From the NCBI RefSeq assembly GCF_006345805.1, contig NW_021830470.1:1-64000 (forward strand): a stretch of 64,000 nucleotides of DNA. The letters are read 5' to 3'. The translations under genes were made by a program, and so were the position numbers. The stretch is from Octopus sinensis. Lineage: Eukaryota. The notes beneath the pieces are model-generated. The model saw only the letters and a program-made list of their open reading frames with translations, was not told the DNA's origin and made no database searches. Positions 24,514 through 38,356 of this stretch are shown piece by piece. Numbering within the stretch: the first letter of the stretch is position 1; the number at the start of each line of letters is the position of its first letter.

Positions 24514-25082
24514 TATATATATATATATATATCAAATAAAATCAAAATCAGAACACAAAGGATGTCGCAGTATACGTGTTTCAAGCTTTATAAACGACCT
24601 GTTCTTACATCAGTGTATAATCGACATAACAGATGGTTCAAAGCTCTCTTCAGCTGCATGCAATTGTTATACCAAAGAGTTACATCACACTTTGAAAAGT
24701 CTAAAAGGTACATGTGGTATTACCCATAATGATAGGAATATCATATCTCTTTTACTTGTTTCAGTCATTTGACTGCGGCCATGCTGGAGCACCGCCTTTA
24801 GTTGAGCAAATCGACCTCAGGACTTATTCGTCGGACAGTTTTTGCTAGAAAAAACTGTCCGACAAACGGGAACGTGAAACTCAGAGTAACAGGTTTTGTT
24901 GAATTTTCTGCTGCTTTAAATAAAGCATATTACTCTACCACTGGTATTTGAGTACTTTTTTTCCACTTTGTTTCACATTTATGTGTTTACTCCGGTATAT
25001 ATATAATAATGATATTAGGGAGTAAATCCAAACTTACAGGGAAAAATTAGATTTAGGATTAAATCTAATTTTATAGTATAAA

Positions 25083-25592
25083 TATATATATATATTATAT
25101 TAAATTAGAGATAAAACCACTATTAGGCAAATCAAACAGTAAAAATCATAAACCAATACATAGAAATAAAACTAATAAAAAATATATAAAATTTAAAATA
25201 TTTAAATTAAAGTCAAAATTTAAAAAATTATTTAAGTTAATAATTTATACTTAATTTTTAAATATATCATCATCATCACTATCGTTTAACGTCCGTTTTC
25301 CACGCTAGCACGGGTTGGATGGTTCGACCGGGGTCTGGGAAGCCAGAAGGCTGCACCAGGCTTCAGTCTGATCTGGCAGTGTTTCTACAGCTGGATGCTC
25401 TTCCTTACGCAAACCACTCCATGAGTGTAGTGGGTGCTTTTTATATTTTATTATTATTTTTCTATATATTTAGATATAACAATCAAAAAGTATTAAAAGT
25501 TTAATATAAGATATGTATTGGTTTATGATTTTCACTGATTGATTTGCCTAATAGTGGTTTTATCTCTAATTTAATATAATATATATATATAT
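25083..25592. repeat. ~80-bp inverted repeat pair (25083-25161 / 25513-25592) around an RTE tail fragment (25265-25445)
   Basis: ATTAAATTAGAGATAAAACCACTATTAGGCAAATC and its reverse complement. Confidence 0.8.
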
Positions 25593-26020
25593 ATATATAT
25601 GAAGTAGCCAGCTCACACTAAACTGGTTTTCCTTAGGAATAAATGCAGCTGAAAAAACCAGCTGAAATCAGAGTGGAGTGTAGTGTAGTACTCCACTCAT
25701 CTACATGGAAAATATCGCTAAAGGATGAAGATGACGATGACGATGATGAAAATATAACACAGACAATGTCAGCATCAGTTTAACCTTTTATTCATTATTA
25801 TTTCCAGTTCATTCCTCTCTTAAACAAGTTTCTCAAAAACCCAGTCCCATCACCTTCAGGAATCAAAGTCTTCGCTGTGTTCATATATTTCCATTATGCG
25901 TTTTATATTCAGGTCAATGTTGTTGAATTTGATGTTGACAATGATGAAATTGAAGTTGATAATGTCAAATTTGAAAAGGGAAAAATCCCTGTCTTTTAGC
26001 AGACAAAAAAATATTCATAA

Positions 26021-27257
26021 TTAGCAGTATGACCCGGCGTTGCCAGTTCATGGTGCTAGTGCATGTATATACAGCTGTGTGCATGTGAACACACACGTGA
26101 GTACTGTCCAAATCTCCGACCAATCACATACAGCTAGCTGGCATTCAATTGGCGTATCAAGCTTCAGGCATTTTGATTGGGTTTTGGATAGAAAATTCAC
26201 AAAAAAGTCACTTCTAGAAAATAATTTGGCGGACGTCAGTGATAGGTAATTTTAGTCGATTCTGTGGGCACTAAGCTTTTGAAAACTATCGAAGACTTTT
26301 CAATAAAAAAAAAAGTAAATATTTTCAGACGAGAAGGTGTGCCATTTAAGGGAGATTTGGCTGTTGTTTCTAGCATATCCCATAACCGTTGCCGGGTCAT
26401 TGTGCTAGTGGATGCATATACGGATCTTTAGTCGATTCTGTGGGCACTAAGCTCTTAAAAACTACTGTAGACTTTTCAATAAAAAAAAAAGTAAATATTT
26501 TCAGACGAGAAGGTGTGCCATTTAAGGGAGATTTGGCTGTTGTTTCTAGCATATCCCATAACCGTTGCCGGGTCATTGTGCTAGTGGATGCATATACGGA
26601 TCTTTAGTCGATTCTGTGGGCACTAAGCTCTTAAAAACTACTGTAGACTTTTCAATAAAAAAAAAAGTAAATATTTTCAGACGAGAAGGCGTGCCATTTA
26701 AGAGAGATTTGGTTGTTGTTTCTAGCATATCCCATAACCGTTGCCAGTTCATGGCGCTAGTGCATGCATATACACGCAAGTACTGTCCAAATTGCCGACC
26801 AGTCACATACAGCTATCTGGCATTCAATTGGCGTATGAAGTTTCAGGCATTTTGATTGGGTTTTGGATAGAAAATTCACAAAAAAGTCGCTTCTGTTGAT
26901 CTTTTAATGGCTTTGTGCTCTAACCCCTAAGCCATGTGCCTCCACCGCCATAGAATTGCAATGATATTTCTCATATTCTCCCATAATGAATAATTTAACT
27001 AAACAAAAAAAAACCCTCATAAGAGGGAGAAGGACCATAGAAAATACGAGCCCTCTAACTGAAAAATTGTCACTTCTATTGATTTTTTAATGGATTAGTG
27101 GGGTGACCGGGGAAATGTAAAGATGTGCACGACCACCCTTGGACGGTTTTGAATGACCATAGAAAGTGCGAGCCCCCTAACTGAAAAATTGTGGATTTGT
27201 ATAAAGGACACACACACAGACATTTTGCCGTTTATATATATAGAGAAGAGATAGAGA
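26021..27257 (-). mobile_element. Longer non-autonomous Helitron with ~3 internal 176-bp tandem repeats and a templated insert
   Basis: Termini shared with the other Helitrons (TTAGCAGTATGACCCGGCGTTG ... TTTATATATATAGA); repeated ORF starts 176 bp apart. Confidence 0.7.
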
Positions 27258-27289
27258 TTGTTGTCATGTTGCAATAAATTTTGATATTC

Positions 27290-27375
27290 ATATAGTTACA
27301 CTTGTGTGTGAATACTCACATGTTTAGTTAAGTGACCCTTTTCAGAGAATGAATTGCCAAAGATATTTTGTTGTT
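27290..27375 (-). pseudogene. Terminal finger of a minus-strand ZNF (SFSEKGHLTKHVSIHTQV*), followed by the paralogous 3' block (to ~25730)
   Basis: Translation plus flank homology to 38597-38660. Confidence 0.65.
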
Positions 27376-27680
27376 TGTTCCTTCTTGAGCTAGAAAGGCT
27401 CATAAGGACCGGTTTCCCGGTTTCCTTGGCGTATAGGTTCCCCCACCTGGATGGGACGCCGGTCTGTCGCAGGTGAGCTCCAAGATGCAGGAGGAAAGAG
27501 TGAGAGAAAGTTGTGGCGAAAGAGTCAGCAGAAGTTTTGCCATCACCTTCAGCAGGAGTCGCGTGGAGCTTAGGTGTTTCGCTCATAAACACACACACAC
27601 ACATCGCCCGGTCTGAGATTCGAACCCGCAATCCCTCGACCGCGAGTCCGCTGCTCTAACCCCTAAGCCATGTGCCTCCA
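27376..27680 (-). mobile_element. SINE family S4 (head GTGGAGGCACATGGCCTAGTGGTTAGAGCAGCGGACTC; V-domain-like CTGCGACGGACTGGCGTCCCGTCCAGG)
   Basis: Matches the + copy at 56225-56520. Confidence 0.8.
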
Positions 27681-27939
27681 CCGAAATAGAATTGCAATGA
27701 TATCTCTCATATTCTCCCATAATGAATAATTTAACTAAACAAAAAAACCCTCATATAAGAGAGAGAAGGACCCCATCACTCTAATATCTGTAGCAAATTG
27801 GCCTCTCAAAGTAGTAATTTAACTATACACAAACGTACAGATACAGGGAAGAAGCAATACCATCATGATATCTGTGGAAAATTATTCTCTGAATCCAGTA
27901 ATCACAAAAATGTATTCATACAGGAAGAGGCAATGTCAT

Positions 27940-28792
<853 letters not shown>

Positions 28793-28889
28793 TGATATCC
28801 GTGGTAAATCATTCTCTGTTAATAGTCACTTGACTAGACACAAACGTATCCATACTAATGAGGGGCCACAGCTTTGCGATGTCTGTATT

Positions 28890-29400
28890 ACGGGTCAGCC
28901 TGTAATGACATGCATAAGATGTGGTCATCAAATCTAAGTAGAGACTTCAAACTTGAAATCTTCAAAGCCACAGTCAAACCAATTCTACTATATGGCTCAG
29001 AAACCTGGACGTTATCGAAAAAGCTTGAGAGGCGGTTGGATGGAACCTACACTCACCTCCTCATGAGAGCTCAAAATCTCTCATGGAAGCCTCATCCAAC
29101 CAAAGTACAAATATATGGGAAACTACCACCTGTGTCATCTCTTGTGAAAGGTAGGAGAGTCCAGTTTGCTGGACATTGTTGTAGAGCTGAAAACGAGGTA
29201 ATTTCTACTCTGGAAGCCATCTACTCGTGATACCAGAGGGCGCACACTCTCCTACCCCGATGTAATCTCAAGGGATACAGGCATCCAGCAACAGGACCTC
29301 CGTAATGCCATGATGGACCGTGAAGTCTGGCGTAGCATGGTAAATTCCATTGTCTCGACCACGGTCAAACAATGATGATGTTGATGTATTAAATTAGTTC
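28890..29400 (+). mobile_element. Second RTE family, 3' fragment
   Basis: ILLYGSETWTL...RRVQFAGHC..., (TGA)n tail; also at 48365-49270. Confidence 0.85.
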
Positions 29401-29639
29401 CTGCCAATAGCAATTTAACTAGTCACAAACGTATTCATTTAGGCAAGAAGCCATATCATTGTAATATCAGTAGTAAATCTTTCGGTAGATGTTGTGAGTA
29501 AACTACACACAAGAGAGTTTATACAAGAGACAAGAAATATCAATGCAACATCTGTGGCGAATCTGTCTCTTACACAGCTAGCATAGCTATATATGATGCG
29601 TATTCATACTAGAGTGTAACTATATACCTGTGATATCCG

Positions 29640-29799
29640 TGGCAAGTGGCGGCCATGGTAAGAAGCTTGTTTACCAACCACATGGTTCCGGGTTCAGTCC
29701 CACTGCGTGGCATCTTGGGCAAAGTGACTTCTATTATATTCTTGGGCTGACCAAAGCCTTGTGGGTGGATTTCGTAGAAGGAAACTGAAAGAAGCTGGC

Positions 29800-29859
<60 letters not shown>

Positions 29860-30061
29860 CACACATATATATATATACATACATAAATATATATACATAC
29901 ATATACGTACATACATATACATACATAAATATATATACATACATATACGTACATACATATACATACATACATAAATATATATATATACACATATATACAT
30001 ACACATATATATATAGATATATACATACATATATACATACATATATATATGTATACACACA

Positions 30062-30094
<33 letters not shown>

Positions 30095-30249
30095 GTATCC
30101 GTAAACCTGCCTTCGTCTTTTGTCTATTTTCATAAAGCTTACCGTTATATATATATGTATGTATGTATGTAGTATATATTGTTATATTTCGGAATGGTCA
30201 TTTTCCCAGTTTAGCAAATAAAAAATCTTGCACGACAAATATATAAACG

Positions 30250-30280
<31 letters not shown>

Positions 30281-30520
30281 GTATATGCATATATATGTGT
30301 GTGTGTGTGTGTGTGTGTTTATGTTTGTCTCCACAACATCACTTGACAACCGATGTTGGCATGTGTTTACATCTCTGTAACCTAGCAGTTTGGCAAAAGG
30401 GGACCGACAGAACAAGTGCCAGGCCTTACAAAGAACAAGCCCTGGGGGGGTCAATTTGTCCGAATTAAAGGCATGTGCTCCAGTATGGCCACAGTCAAAT
30501 AACTGAAACAAGTAAAAGAA
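29640..30520 (+). mobile_element. S1 SINE with an expanded internal microsatellite
   Basis: Head 29640-29800, microsatellites to ~30320, diverged tail 30320-30520. Confidence 0.7.
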
Positions 30521-30615
30521 CGAAAGAAGAGAAGAGAGCGACCACATCGTTTAGGATATTTGCGGGAAATCATTTTTTTTTTAATTAATGTCTTAACGAG
30601 ACACCAGGGAAGTGA

Positions 30616-30723
<108 letters not shown>

Positions 30724-30724
30724 T

Positions 30725-31745
30725 AATAGGACCCTTTGTTCGTTCGTTCCTTCTCGAGCCATGCCCGGCTCATAAGGGCCAGTTTTGCCCAGTTTATTTC
30801 GCGTATAGGTTCCCCACCTGGACGGGACGCCAGATGCAGGAGGAAAGAGCGAGAGAAAGATGGTGCCGGGACGCCAGTCCGTCGCAGGTGCGCTGCAAGA
30901 TGCAGGAGGAAAGAGCGAGAGAAAGATGGTGCCGGGACGCCAGTCCGTCGCAGGTGGGTTGCAAGATGTAAGGGGAAAGGGGGAGAGAAAGTCGTGGCCG
31001 GTTTCCCCGTTTCTTTGGCGTATAGGTACCCCACCTGGACGGGACGCCAGTCTGTCACATGTGAGCTGCAAGATGCAGGAGGAAAGAGTAAGAGAAAAGT
31101 TGTGGCCGGTTTCCTTGGCGTATAGGTTCCCCACCTGGACGGGACGCTAGTCCGTCGCCGGTGAGTTGCAAGATGTAAGGGGAAAGAGGGAGAGAAAGTT
31201 GTGGCTGGTTTCCTTGGCGTATAGGTACCCCACCTGGACGGGACGCCAGTCCATTGCAGGTGAGCTGCAAGATGTAAGAGGGAGAGAAAGTTGTGGCCGG
31301 TTTCCCGGTTTCCTTGGCGTATAGGTTCCCCACCTGGACGGGACGCCAGTCCGTCGCAGGTGAGCTGCAAGATGCAGGAGGAAAGAGTGAGAGAAAAGTT
31401 GTGGTGAAAGAGTCAGCAGAAGTTTCACCATTACCTTCTGCCGGAGTTGTGTGAAGCTTAGGTAATTCACTCATAAACACACACATTGCCTGGTCTGAGA
31501 TTCGAACCCACGATCCCTCGACTGTGAGTCCGCTGCTCTAACCACTAGGCCATGTGCCTCCACAAGATGCAGGAAGAAAGAGTGAGGGGAAGTTGTGATG
31601 AAAGAGTCAGCAGAAGTTTCGCCATTGCCTTCTGCCGGAGCCGCCTAGAGCTTCGCTCATAAACACACACTTCGCATGGTCTGAGATTCGAACCCTTGAC
31701 CGCGAGTCCGCTGCTCTAACCACTAGGCAATATGCCTCCACAAAT
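30725..31745 (-). mobile_element. S4 SINE with multiple internal tandem duplications
   Basis: CCCCACCTGGACGGGACGCCAG recurs five or more times; head duplicated. Confidence 0.8.
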
Positions 31746-31959
31746 AGGACTTTAACTAGTCACAAACGTATCCATCAGGAGTGAAGGCATATCATTGTAA
31801 TATCAGGGTAAATCATTCTCTCATCATAGTCAGTTGACTAGTCACAAACGTATTGATACTAAAGAAAGACTATATTATTGTAATCACCGTGACTGATCAG
31901 GTTATCAGATGTTGCTACACATCACTTGTCACAATGCGCTTCACATTGTTTTAGCCTAC

Positions 31960-32185
31960 AAATGATGCCACCCCGCTGACTAAGCGAGCAGGCCAACAGA
32001 AGAATGAGTGAGAGAAAGTTCTGGTGAAAGAGTACAGTAGGGTTCGCCACCACCCCCTACCGGAGTGTCGTGGAGCTTTGGGTGTTTTCGCTCAATAAAC
32101 ACTCACAACGCCTGGTCTGGGATTCGAAACCGCGATCCTACGACCACGAGTCCGCTGCCCTAACCACTGGGCCATTGCGCCTCCA
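31960..32185 (-). mobile_element. S3 SINE variant
   Basis: Head consensus in reverse complement. Confidence 0.75.
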
Positions 32186-32838
32186 TTATTGCAATATCTG
32201 TGGTAAATCATCTTCGGAAACCGGTCACTTGAAAACGCACAAATGTATTCATGCAGATGCGAAACCATGTTGTGATATCCATGGGGCATCATATTCTCCA
32301 AAACAGTTGTTTGACCACATGGTTCCAAGTTCAGTTCCAATGAGTGGCACCTTGAGCAGGTGCCTTCTACAATAGTCTTGGTTCGACCAAAGTCTTGTGG
32401 GTGGAGTTGGTAGGCATATAGAAAAGAAAACATACATATGCCTTTGTGTGTCTATCACCCGGTCACCACTGGACAATTGGTGTTGCTGGTGTTGTTGTTA
32501 TGCAACAAGACTTGTAAGGGTGATTAGGTAATGGTCTAGGGCTTAGGGGCGGGAGACCCCTTAATTGGGGAAAAAAAAAAAAAAAACTTTGGTTGTCTTG
32601 TTGTAGTTGAGGAATCTTTGTTGACGCCCGATACCACTGGGAGGTGGCCCCTTGAAGTCGCTGGAAATGGAGACCTTCAGGTCCAAATTCTTGGTGGTGG
32701 TGATGGCAGGAACAGCAATGGTGGCAGTCGCAGCAAAGGTGATGCCAGCAGTGGCGGCGGTGGAGGCTGCAGTGATTGTTGGTGTTGGTGTTGCTAAGCA
32801 ACAAGACGGGTAAAGGGTGATTAGGTGATGGTCTAGGT

Positions 32839-33039
32839 TGGTGCTTTTCAAACTTTTTGCTGGAGCGGAACCCCAAGGAAACATTCCACTGGCTCGAAGA
32901 ACCCCTGTGCAATAATTTAATAGTCTTATGCACACATATCTGCACAGGAGAATTAAAGATCACTGCCGATTTTAGCAGTTTTGTAACTTCTTGCGGAACC
33001 CCTGGACTGTACTGGCGGAACCCGGGTTGAAAACCTCTG
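32839..33039 (-). mobile_element. hAT (Charlie-like) MITE, degenerate copy
   Basis: Reverse complement of 38138-38356; GTCTAGGT-like target. Confidence 0.7.
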
Positions 33040-33424
33040 CTGTAGGTCTTAGGGGCGGGAGACCCCAGACCTTGGTAAAAAAAAAAAAAATTTGGGCTGT
33101 CTTGTTGTAGTCGAGGGCTCTTTGTTGACGCCCGACACCACTGGGAGGTGGCCCCTTGAAGTCGCTGGAAACGGGGACCTCCAGGTCCAAATACTTGAAC
33201 AGTTGATACTGATGCTGTGATTACATCCCTGCAACTGAGTGGATCGACAAGACGCCAATAGGATACATACCAGGCTTTAAGGAAAGTAAGTCCTAGGGTA
33301 GATACATTTGACTGAAAATCCTTGGTGCTCCAGCCTGGTCGCAGTGTAATGACTGAAACAAATAAAAGATACATGATTAAATGCTTTGTATAATAAAAAA
33401 AATCATGGCAATATGCAAACATTA

Positions 33425-34100
33425 TAGGCGCAGGAGTGGCTGTGTGGTAAGTAGCTTGCTTACCAACCACATGGTTCCGGCTTCAGTCCCACTGCGTGGC
33501 ATCTTGGGCAAGTGTCTTCTGCTATAGCCTTGGGCCGACCAATGCCTTGTGAGTGGATTTGGTAGACGGAAACTGAAAGAAGCCCGTCGTTTATATGTAT
33601 GTATATATATATGTGTGTGTGTACGTCTGTGTGTCTGTGTTTGTCCCCCAAGCATTGCTTGACAACCAATGCTGGTGTGTCTACGTCCCCGTCACTTAGC
33701 GGTTTGGCAAAAGAGATCGATAGAATAAGTACTGGGCTTACAAAGAATAAGTCCCGTGGTCGATTTGCTCGACTAAAGGCGGTGCTCTAGCAAGGCCACA
33801 GTCAAATGACTGAAACAAGTAAAAGAGTAAACTTAGCGGTTTGGCAAAAGAGACTGATAGAATAAGTACTGGGCTTACAAAGAATAAGTCCCAGGGTCGA
33901 TTTGCTTGACTAAAGGCAGCGCTCCAGCATGGCCGCAGTCAAATGACTGAAACAAGTAAAAGGGTAAACTTAGCGGTTCGGCAAAAGAGACTGATAGAAT
34001 AAGTACTGGGCTTACAAAAGAATAAGTCCCGGGGTCGATTTGCTCGGCTAAAGGCGGTGCTCCAGCATGGCCGCAGTCAAATGACTGAAACAAGTAAAAG
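33425..34100 (+). mobile_element. S1 SINE with its 3' segment triplicated
   Basis: Same architecture as 7660-8345. Confidence 0.9.
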
Positions 34101-34299
34101 AGTATTTCTGCATCCTGTACGATGGCATCGTCTCTCAGATGCCAGTGTTAGGATCAGGGATGCAGAAGAATTGTTTAATCAAATGATGATACTATGGGAC
34201 CAACAAGAAATTTCTGGAAAGAGCCAACAGTCAAAGCTTAGAATCGCTCATCATGAAACTCTGTCTTTGATGGGTAGGGTGCGTAGCAAGAAAGGAAGA

Positions 34300-35410
34300 G
34301 TTGGGCTGGCAGAATCGTTAGCACGCCGGGCGAAATGCTTAGTGGTATTTCGTCTGCTGTTACGTTCTGAGTTCAAATTCCGCTGAGGTCGACTTTACCT
34401 TTCATCCTTTCGGAGTCGATAAATTAAGTACCAGTTACGCACTGGGGTCGATGTAATCGACTTAATCCCTTTGTCTGTCCTTGTTTGTCCTCTCTGTGTT
34501 TAGCCCCTTGTGGGTAGTAAAGAAATAGGTATTTCGCATGTCGCTACGTTCTGAGTTCAAATTCCACCGAGGTCGACTTTACCTTTCATCCTTTCGGAGT
34601 CGATAAATTAAGTACTAGATAAGCACAGGGGTCAATGTAATCGACTTAATCCCTTTGTCTGTCCTTGTTTGTCCTCTCTGTGTTTAGCCCCTTGCAGGTA
34701 GTAAAGAAATAGGTATTTCGCATGTCGCTACGTTCTGAGTTCAAATTCCACCGAGGTCGACTTTGCCTTTCATCCTTTCGGAGTCGATAAATTAAGTACT
34801 AGATAAGCACAGGGGTCAATGTAATCGACTTAATCCCTTTGTCTGTCCTTGTTTGTCTTCTCTGTGTTTAGCCCCTTGCGATTAGTAAAGAAATAGGTAT
34901 TTCGCATGTCGCTACGTTCAGAGTTCAAATTCCACCGAGGTCGACTTTACCTTTCATCCTTTCGGAGTCGATAAATTAAGTACCAGTTATGCACTGGAGT
35001 TGATGTAATCGACTTAATCTCTTTTTCTGTCCTTGTTTGTCCTCTCTATGTTTAGCCCCTTGTGGGTAGTAAAGAAATAGGTATTTCGTCTGCCGCTACG
35101 TTCTGAGTTCAAATTCCGCGAGGTTGACTTTGCCTTTCATCCTTTCGGGGTCAATTAAATAAGTCATCGACTTAATCCATTTGTCTGTCCTTGTTTGTCC
35201 CCTCTATGTTTAGCCCCTTGTGGGTAGTAAAGAAATAGGTATTTCGTCTGCCGTTACATTCTGAGTTCAAATTCCGCCGAGGTCAACTTTGCTTTTCATC
35301 CTTTCAGGGTCGATTAAATAAGTACCAGTTATGTACTTGGGTCCATGTAATCGACTTAATCCATCTGTCTGTCTCCTCTGTGTTTAGCCCTTTGCGGGCA
35401 ATAAAGAAAT
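34300..35410 (+). repeat. Tandem array of the S2 SINE body (~6 units, ~184 bp)
   Basis: GGTATTTCG...TTCTGAGTTCAAATTCC recurs at ~34528, 34712, 34897, 35081, 35238. Confidence 0.9.
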
Positions 35411-35594
35411 AATTATACCTCATCATTTAATGTCCATTTTCCAATGCAGGCATGGGTGGATGGCCTGACAGAAGTTGGCAAAGCCAAGATCCGCACGAGG
35501 TTGCATTGTCTGTTTTGGCATATTATCTACTGCAGGATGCACTTCCTAATGCCAACTAATTTATAGAGAACACTGGGTATTGTTTACATCACAT

Positions 35595-36128
35595 TAGTTC
35601 CTTCTCAAGCCATGCCTGGCTCATAAGGGCCGGTTTCCCGGTTTCCTTGGCATATAGGTTCCCCACCTGGACGGGATGCCAGTCCGTCGCAAGATACAGG
35701 AGGAAAAAGCGAGAGAAAGTTGGTACCGGGATGCCAGTCCGTCGCATGTGAGCTGCAAGATGCAGGAGGAAAGAGGGAGAGAAAAGTTGTGGCTGGTTTC
35801 CTTGGCGTATAGGTTCCCCACCGGGACGGGGCGCCAGTCCGTCGCAGGTGAGCTGCAAGATGTAAGAGGAAAGAGGGAGAGAAAGTTGGGGCCGGTTTCC
35901 CGGTTTCCTTGGTGTATAGGTTCCCCACCTGGATGGGACGCCAGTCCGTTGCAGGTGAGCTGCGAGATGCAGGAGGAAAGAGGGAGAGAAAGTTGTGGCC
36001 AAAGAGTCAACCGAAGTTTCACCATTACCTTCTGCTGGAGCCGTGTAGAGCTTCGGTGTTTCGCTCATAAACACACACATCGCCCGATTCGATCCCTCTG
36101 CTCTAACCACTAGGCCATGGGCCTCCAC
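35595..36128 (-). mobile_element. S4 SINE with internal duplications
   Basis: Family consensus. Confidence 0.8.
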
Positions 36129-36129
36129 T

Positions 36130-36370
36130 GAAAGCCTAGCTAGGCTCATGGGCCCGGTTTCCCGGTTTCAATGGCGCATGTGTTCCCCCCACCTGGACGA
36201 GAAGCCAGACTGCGACAGGATTACTCATTTTTGCCAGCTGAGTGAACTGGAGCAACGTGAAATGAAGTGTTTTTCTCAAGAACACAACGCGTTGCCCCGT
36301 CCAGGAATCGAAACCACAATCTTACGATCATGATGCTGACACCCTAACCACTAAGCCACGTGCCTCCACA
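36130..36370 (-). mobile_element. CORE-type tRNA SINE (S5)
   Basis: Reverse complement of 55978-56215. Confidence 0.7.
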
Positions 36371-36455
36371 CATCACATTAGCACCGGTGCTTATTGTGTG
36401 ACAGCCTCACCAGCTAATTTTATGTGACACCATCACCAGTGCCTTTTAGCTGGTA

Positions 36456-36822
36456 CTAGCAGTATCGCCTGGCGTTGCTCGGGTTTGTAAGGGAAATAAC
36501 TATAAAGCATTTTTAGAGAGTTATAGCCAAAATATAGCAAAAAAATGGGAAGAAAAATGATGGTAAATTTTTTTTGATAGTTAAAAAGGTCGAGTTGCGT
36601 CCCCTAGACCATCTGTGGTTTGTGTTTCTGATTGTCGACCCCATGTCGAATTTATTGATCTTTTTCAGAACTGGGGGAACTTTTCAAAATTTTCGCTGCG
36701 TTAGTTTTGAATTATGACATTGGGCTATGTGTGTGTCAAGTTTCGTCAGAATCGGTTGAAAGCCGTGGTCAGAGTGAGGGTACAACCAAACAGACAAACT
36801 GCCGTTTATATAGAGAGAGAGA
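36456..36822 (-). mobile_element. Non-autonomous Helitron, complete
   Basis: TC...hairpin...CTAG termini; same subtype as 62112-62479. Confidence 0.85.
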
Positions 36823-36919
36823 TCCTCACCCATGGTTTTTATGAGAGACCAGTACCTGCTCTTTTTACATGACACCATCACTGATGCTTTCTTTTGTGTG
36901 ATACTATCAAGAGTGCTTT

Positions 36920-37830
36920 TACATCGTCGGGTGGATTGAGTTCCCACCGCCAATCTCCGACTTCGCCTGTCTCTGTAGCCCCTTCCATCTGTCCTTCTGC
37001 AACGGCGCTTGCAGTGGTTTGGCCATGCATGTAGGCGTCCGGTGGGTGAACTGAGCCGTGATGTCCTTCTCCCGACTCCACTTCCCAACTGGCAGAAACG
37101 TGTGGGAGGGCAGCTGAAGACCCTAGTTACGACGATCAAGGAGGACCTCTCTGTGCTCACGGGACCGCAGGTGGTCGGCCTGCGTCGATGGAACCGTGAC
37201 TGGCTTGCTATCTTCAGTGAATTGGCACAGGACCATTGTGCGTGGGTTGCCATGGTTCAAGATCTTCTTATCTCCTCAAAGACATACAGCATCTCGAAAG
37301 AGTCCAGAAGCTGGCTACCCGCATGGTTCTTGGTCTCAAGCATTTGTCTTATGAAGAAAGGCTGAATACGCTCGACCTTTATTCTCTAGAAAAACGACGA
37401 TGCCGTGGTGATCTCATTCTCGCTCACGACATCATAAGCGGAAAGTGTAACCTCTCGAAAGAGCTGTTCTTCACTCCTGCTCCAGAGCGTCGGCTGCGGG
37501 GTCACTCCGAAAAGCTCTATCTGCGACGATTTCATCTCAATCGAAGGAGAGGGGCTTTCTCCGTCCGGGTTGCGGATCCGTGGAATAAGCTGCCGGATGA
37601 GATAATGAAGATGCAGATGACCGCTCGGTTCAAAGTCTCTCTTGACCAGAAATGGCATGAACTCTTTGCATGAACACCCTCCCAGTACATAACTCCCTGT
37701 CCCCCTACATGGCCTTGCTTTTTGCTTTTTGAGCCAAAAAATTAACTTAACTTAAGATGTCTCGAGGGTGGTAGAAGAAGCTGACTCAACCCGCCCAGGG
37801 TGAATGTCGCCACAAGTACAAGTAAGTAAT
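36920..37830 (+). mobile_element. Third RTE family 3' fragment, interrupted by CR1
   Basis: QWFGHACRR...GGQLKT...RRWNRDW...QDLL, resuming as SRVVEEADSTRPG* with a CAAGTA tail; related minus copy at 50587-50830. Confidence 0.7.
37269..37755 (+). mobile_element. CR1-clade LINE 3' fragment
   Basis: LERVQKLATRM...YEERL..L.LYSLEKRR.RGDLI...RGHSEKL...WNKLP; (TTAAC)n tail. Confidence 0.9.
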
Positions 37831-38137
37831 TAAGAGTGCTTTTACATGGCCCCAGCACCAGGGCCCTATACATGGCACCTGTACTAGCACTTTTTCCCCA
37901 GCACCATCACTGGGGCTTATGTGGTAATAGCACTAGTACCTTATGTGTGGCAACAGCACCTGTGCTTTGTACATGACTCTGGCACTTGTGCATTTTATGT
38001 GGCACCAACATCAACAGGGTCACCAAGGACCTCGCTGACATAAACACCCACAACAGGGAAGAAGGGAAGTAGTATTGAAGGAATGTGTCTTTCTGCCAGT
38101 TGAGAGGTTTAAGGTATAGAGAAGACAGTGTCTAGAT

Positions 38138-38356
38138 CAGTGGTTTTCAACCAGGGTTCTGTGGAACCATAGGGTTCCGCCAGTACAGTCCAGGGGCTCC
38201 GCAAGAAGTTACAAAACTGCAAACATCAGCAGTAATTTTAAATTCTCCTGTGCAGATATGTGTGCATAAGACTATTAAATTATTGCACAGGGGTTCCTCG
38301 AGCCAGTGGAATGTTTCCTTGGGGTTCCGCTCCAGCAAAAATGTTGAAAAGCACTG
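38138..38356 (+). mobile_element. hAT (Charlie-like) MITE, 219 bp
   Basis: TIRs CAGTGGTTTTCAAC / GTTGAAAAGCACTG; perfect 8-bp TSD GTCTAGAT (38130-38137, 38357-38364). Confidence 0.9.

Noticed and set aside
32463-33470. 335-aa minus-strand ORF
   Set aside because: A mosaic of an S1 SINE, a hAT MITE and a two-unit unidentified repeat; no coherent domain.
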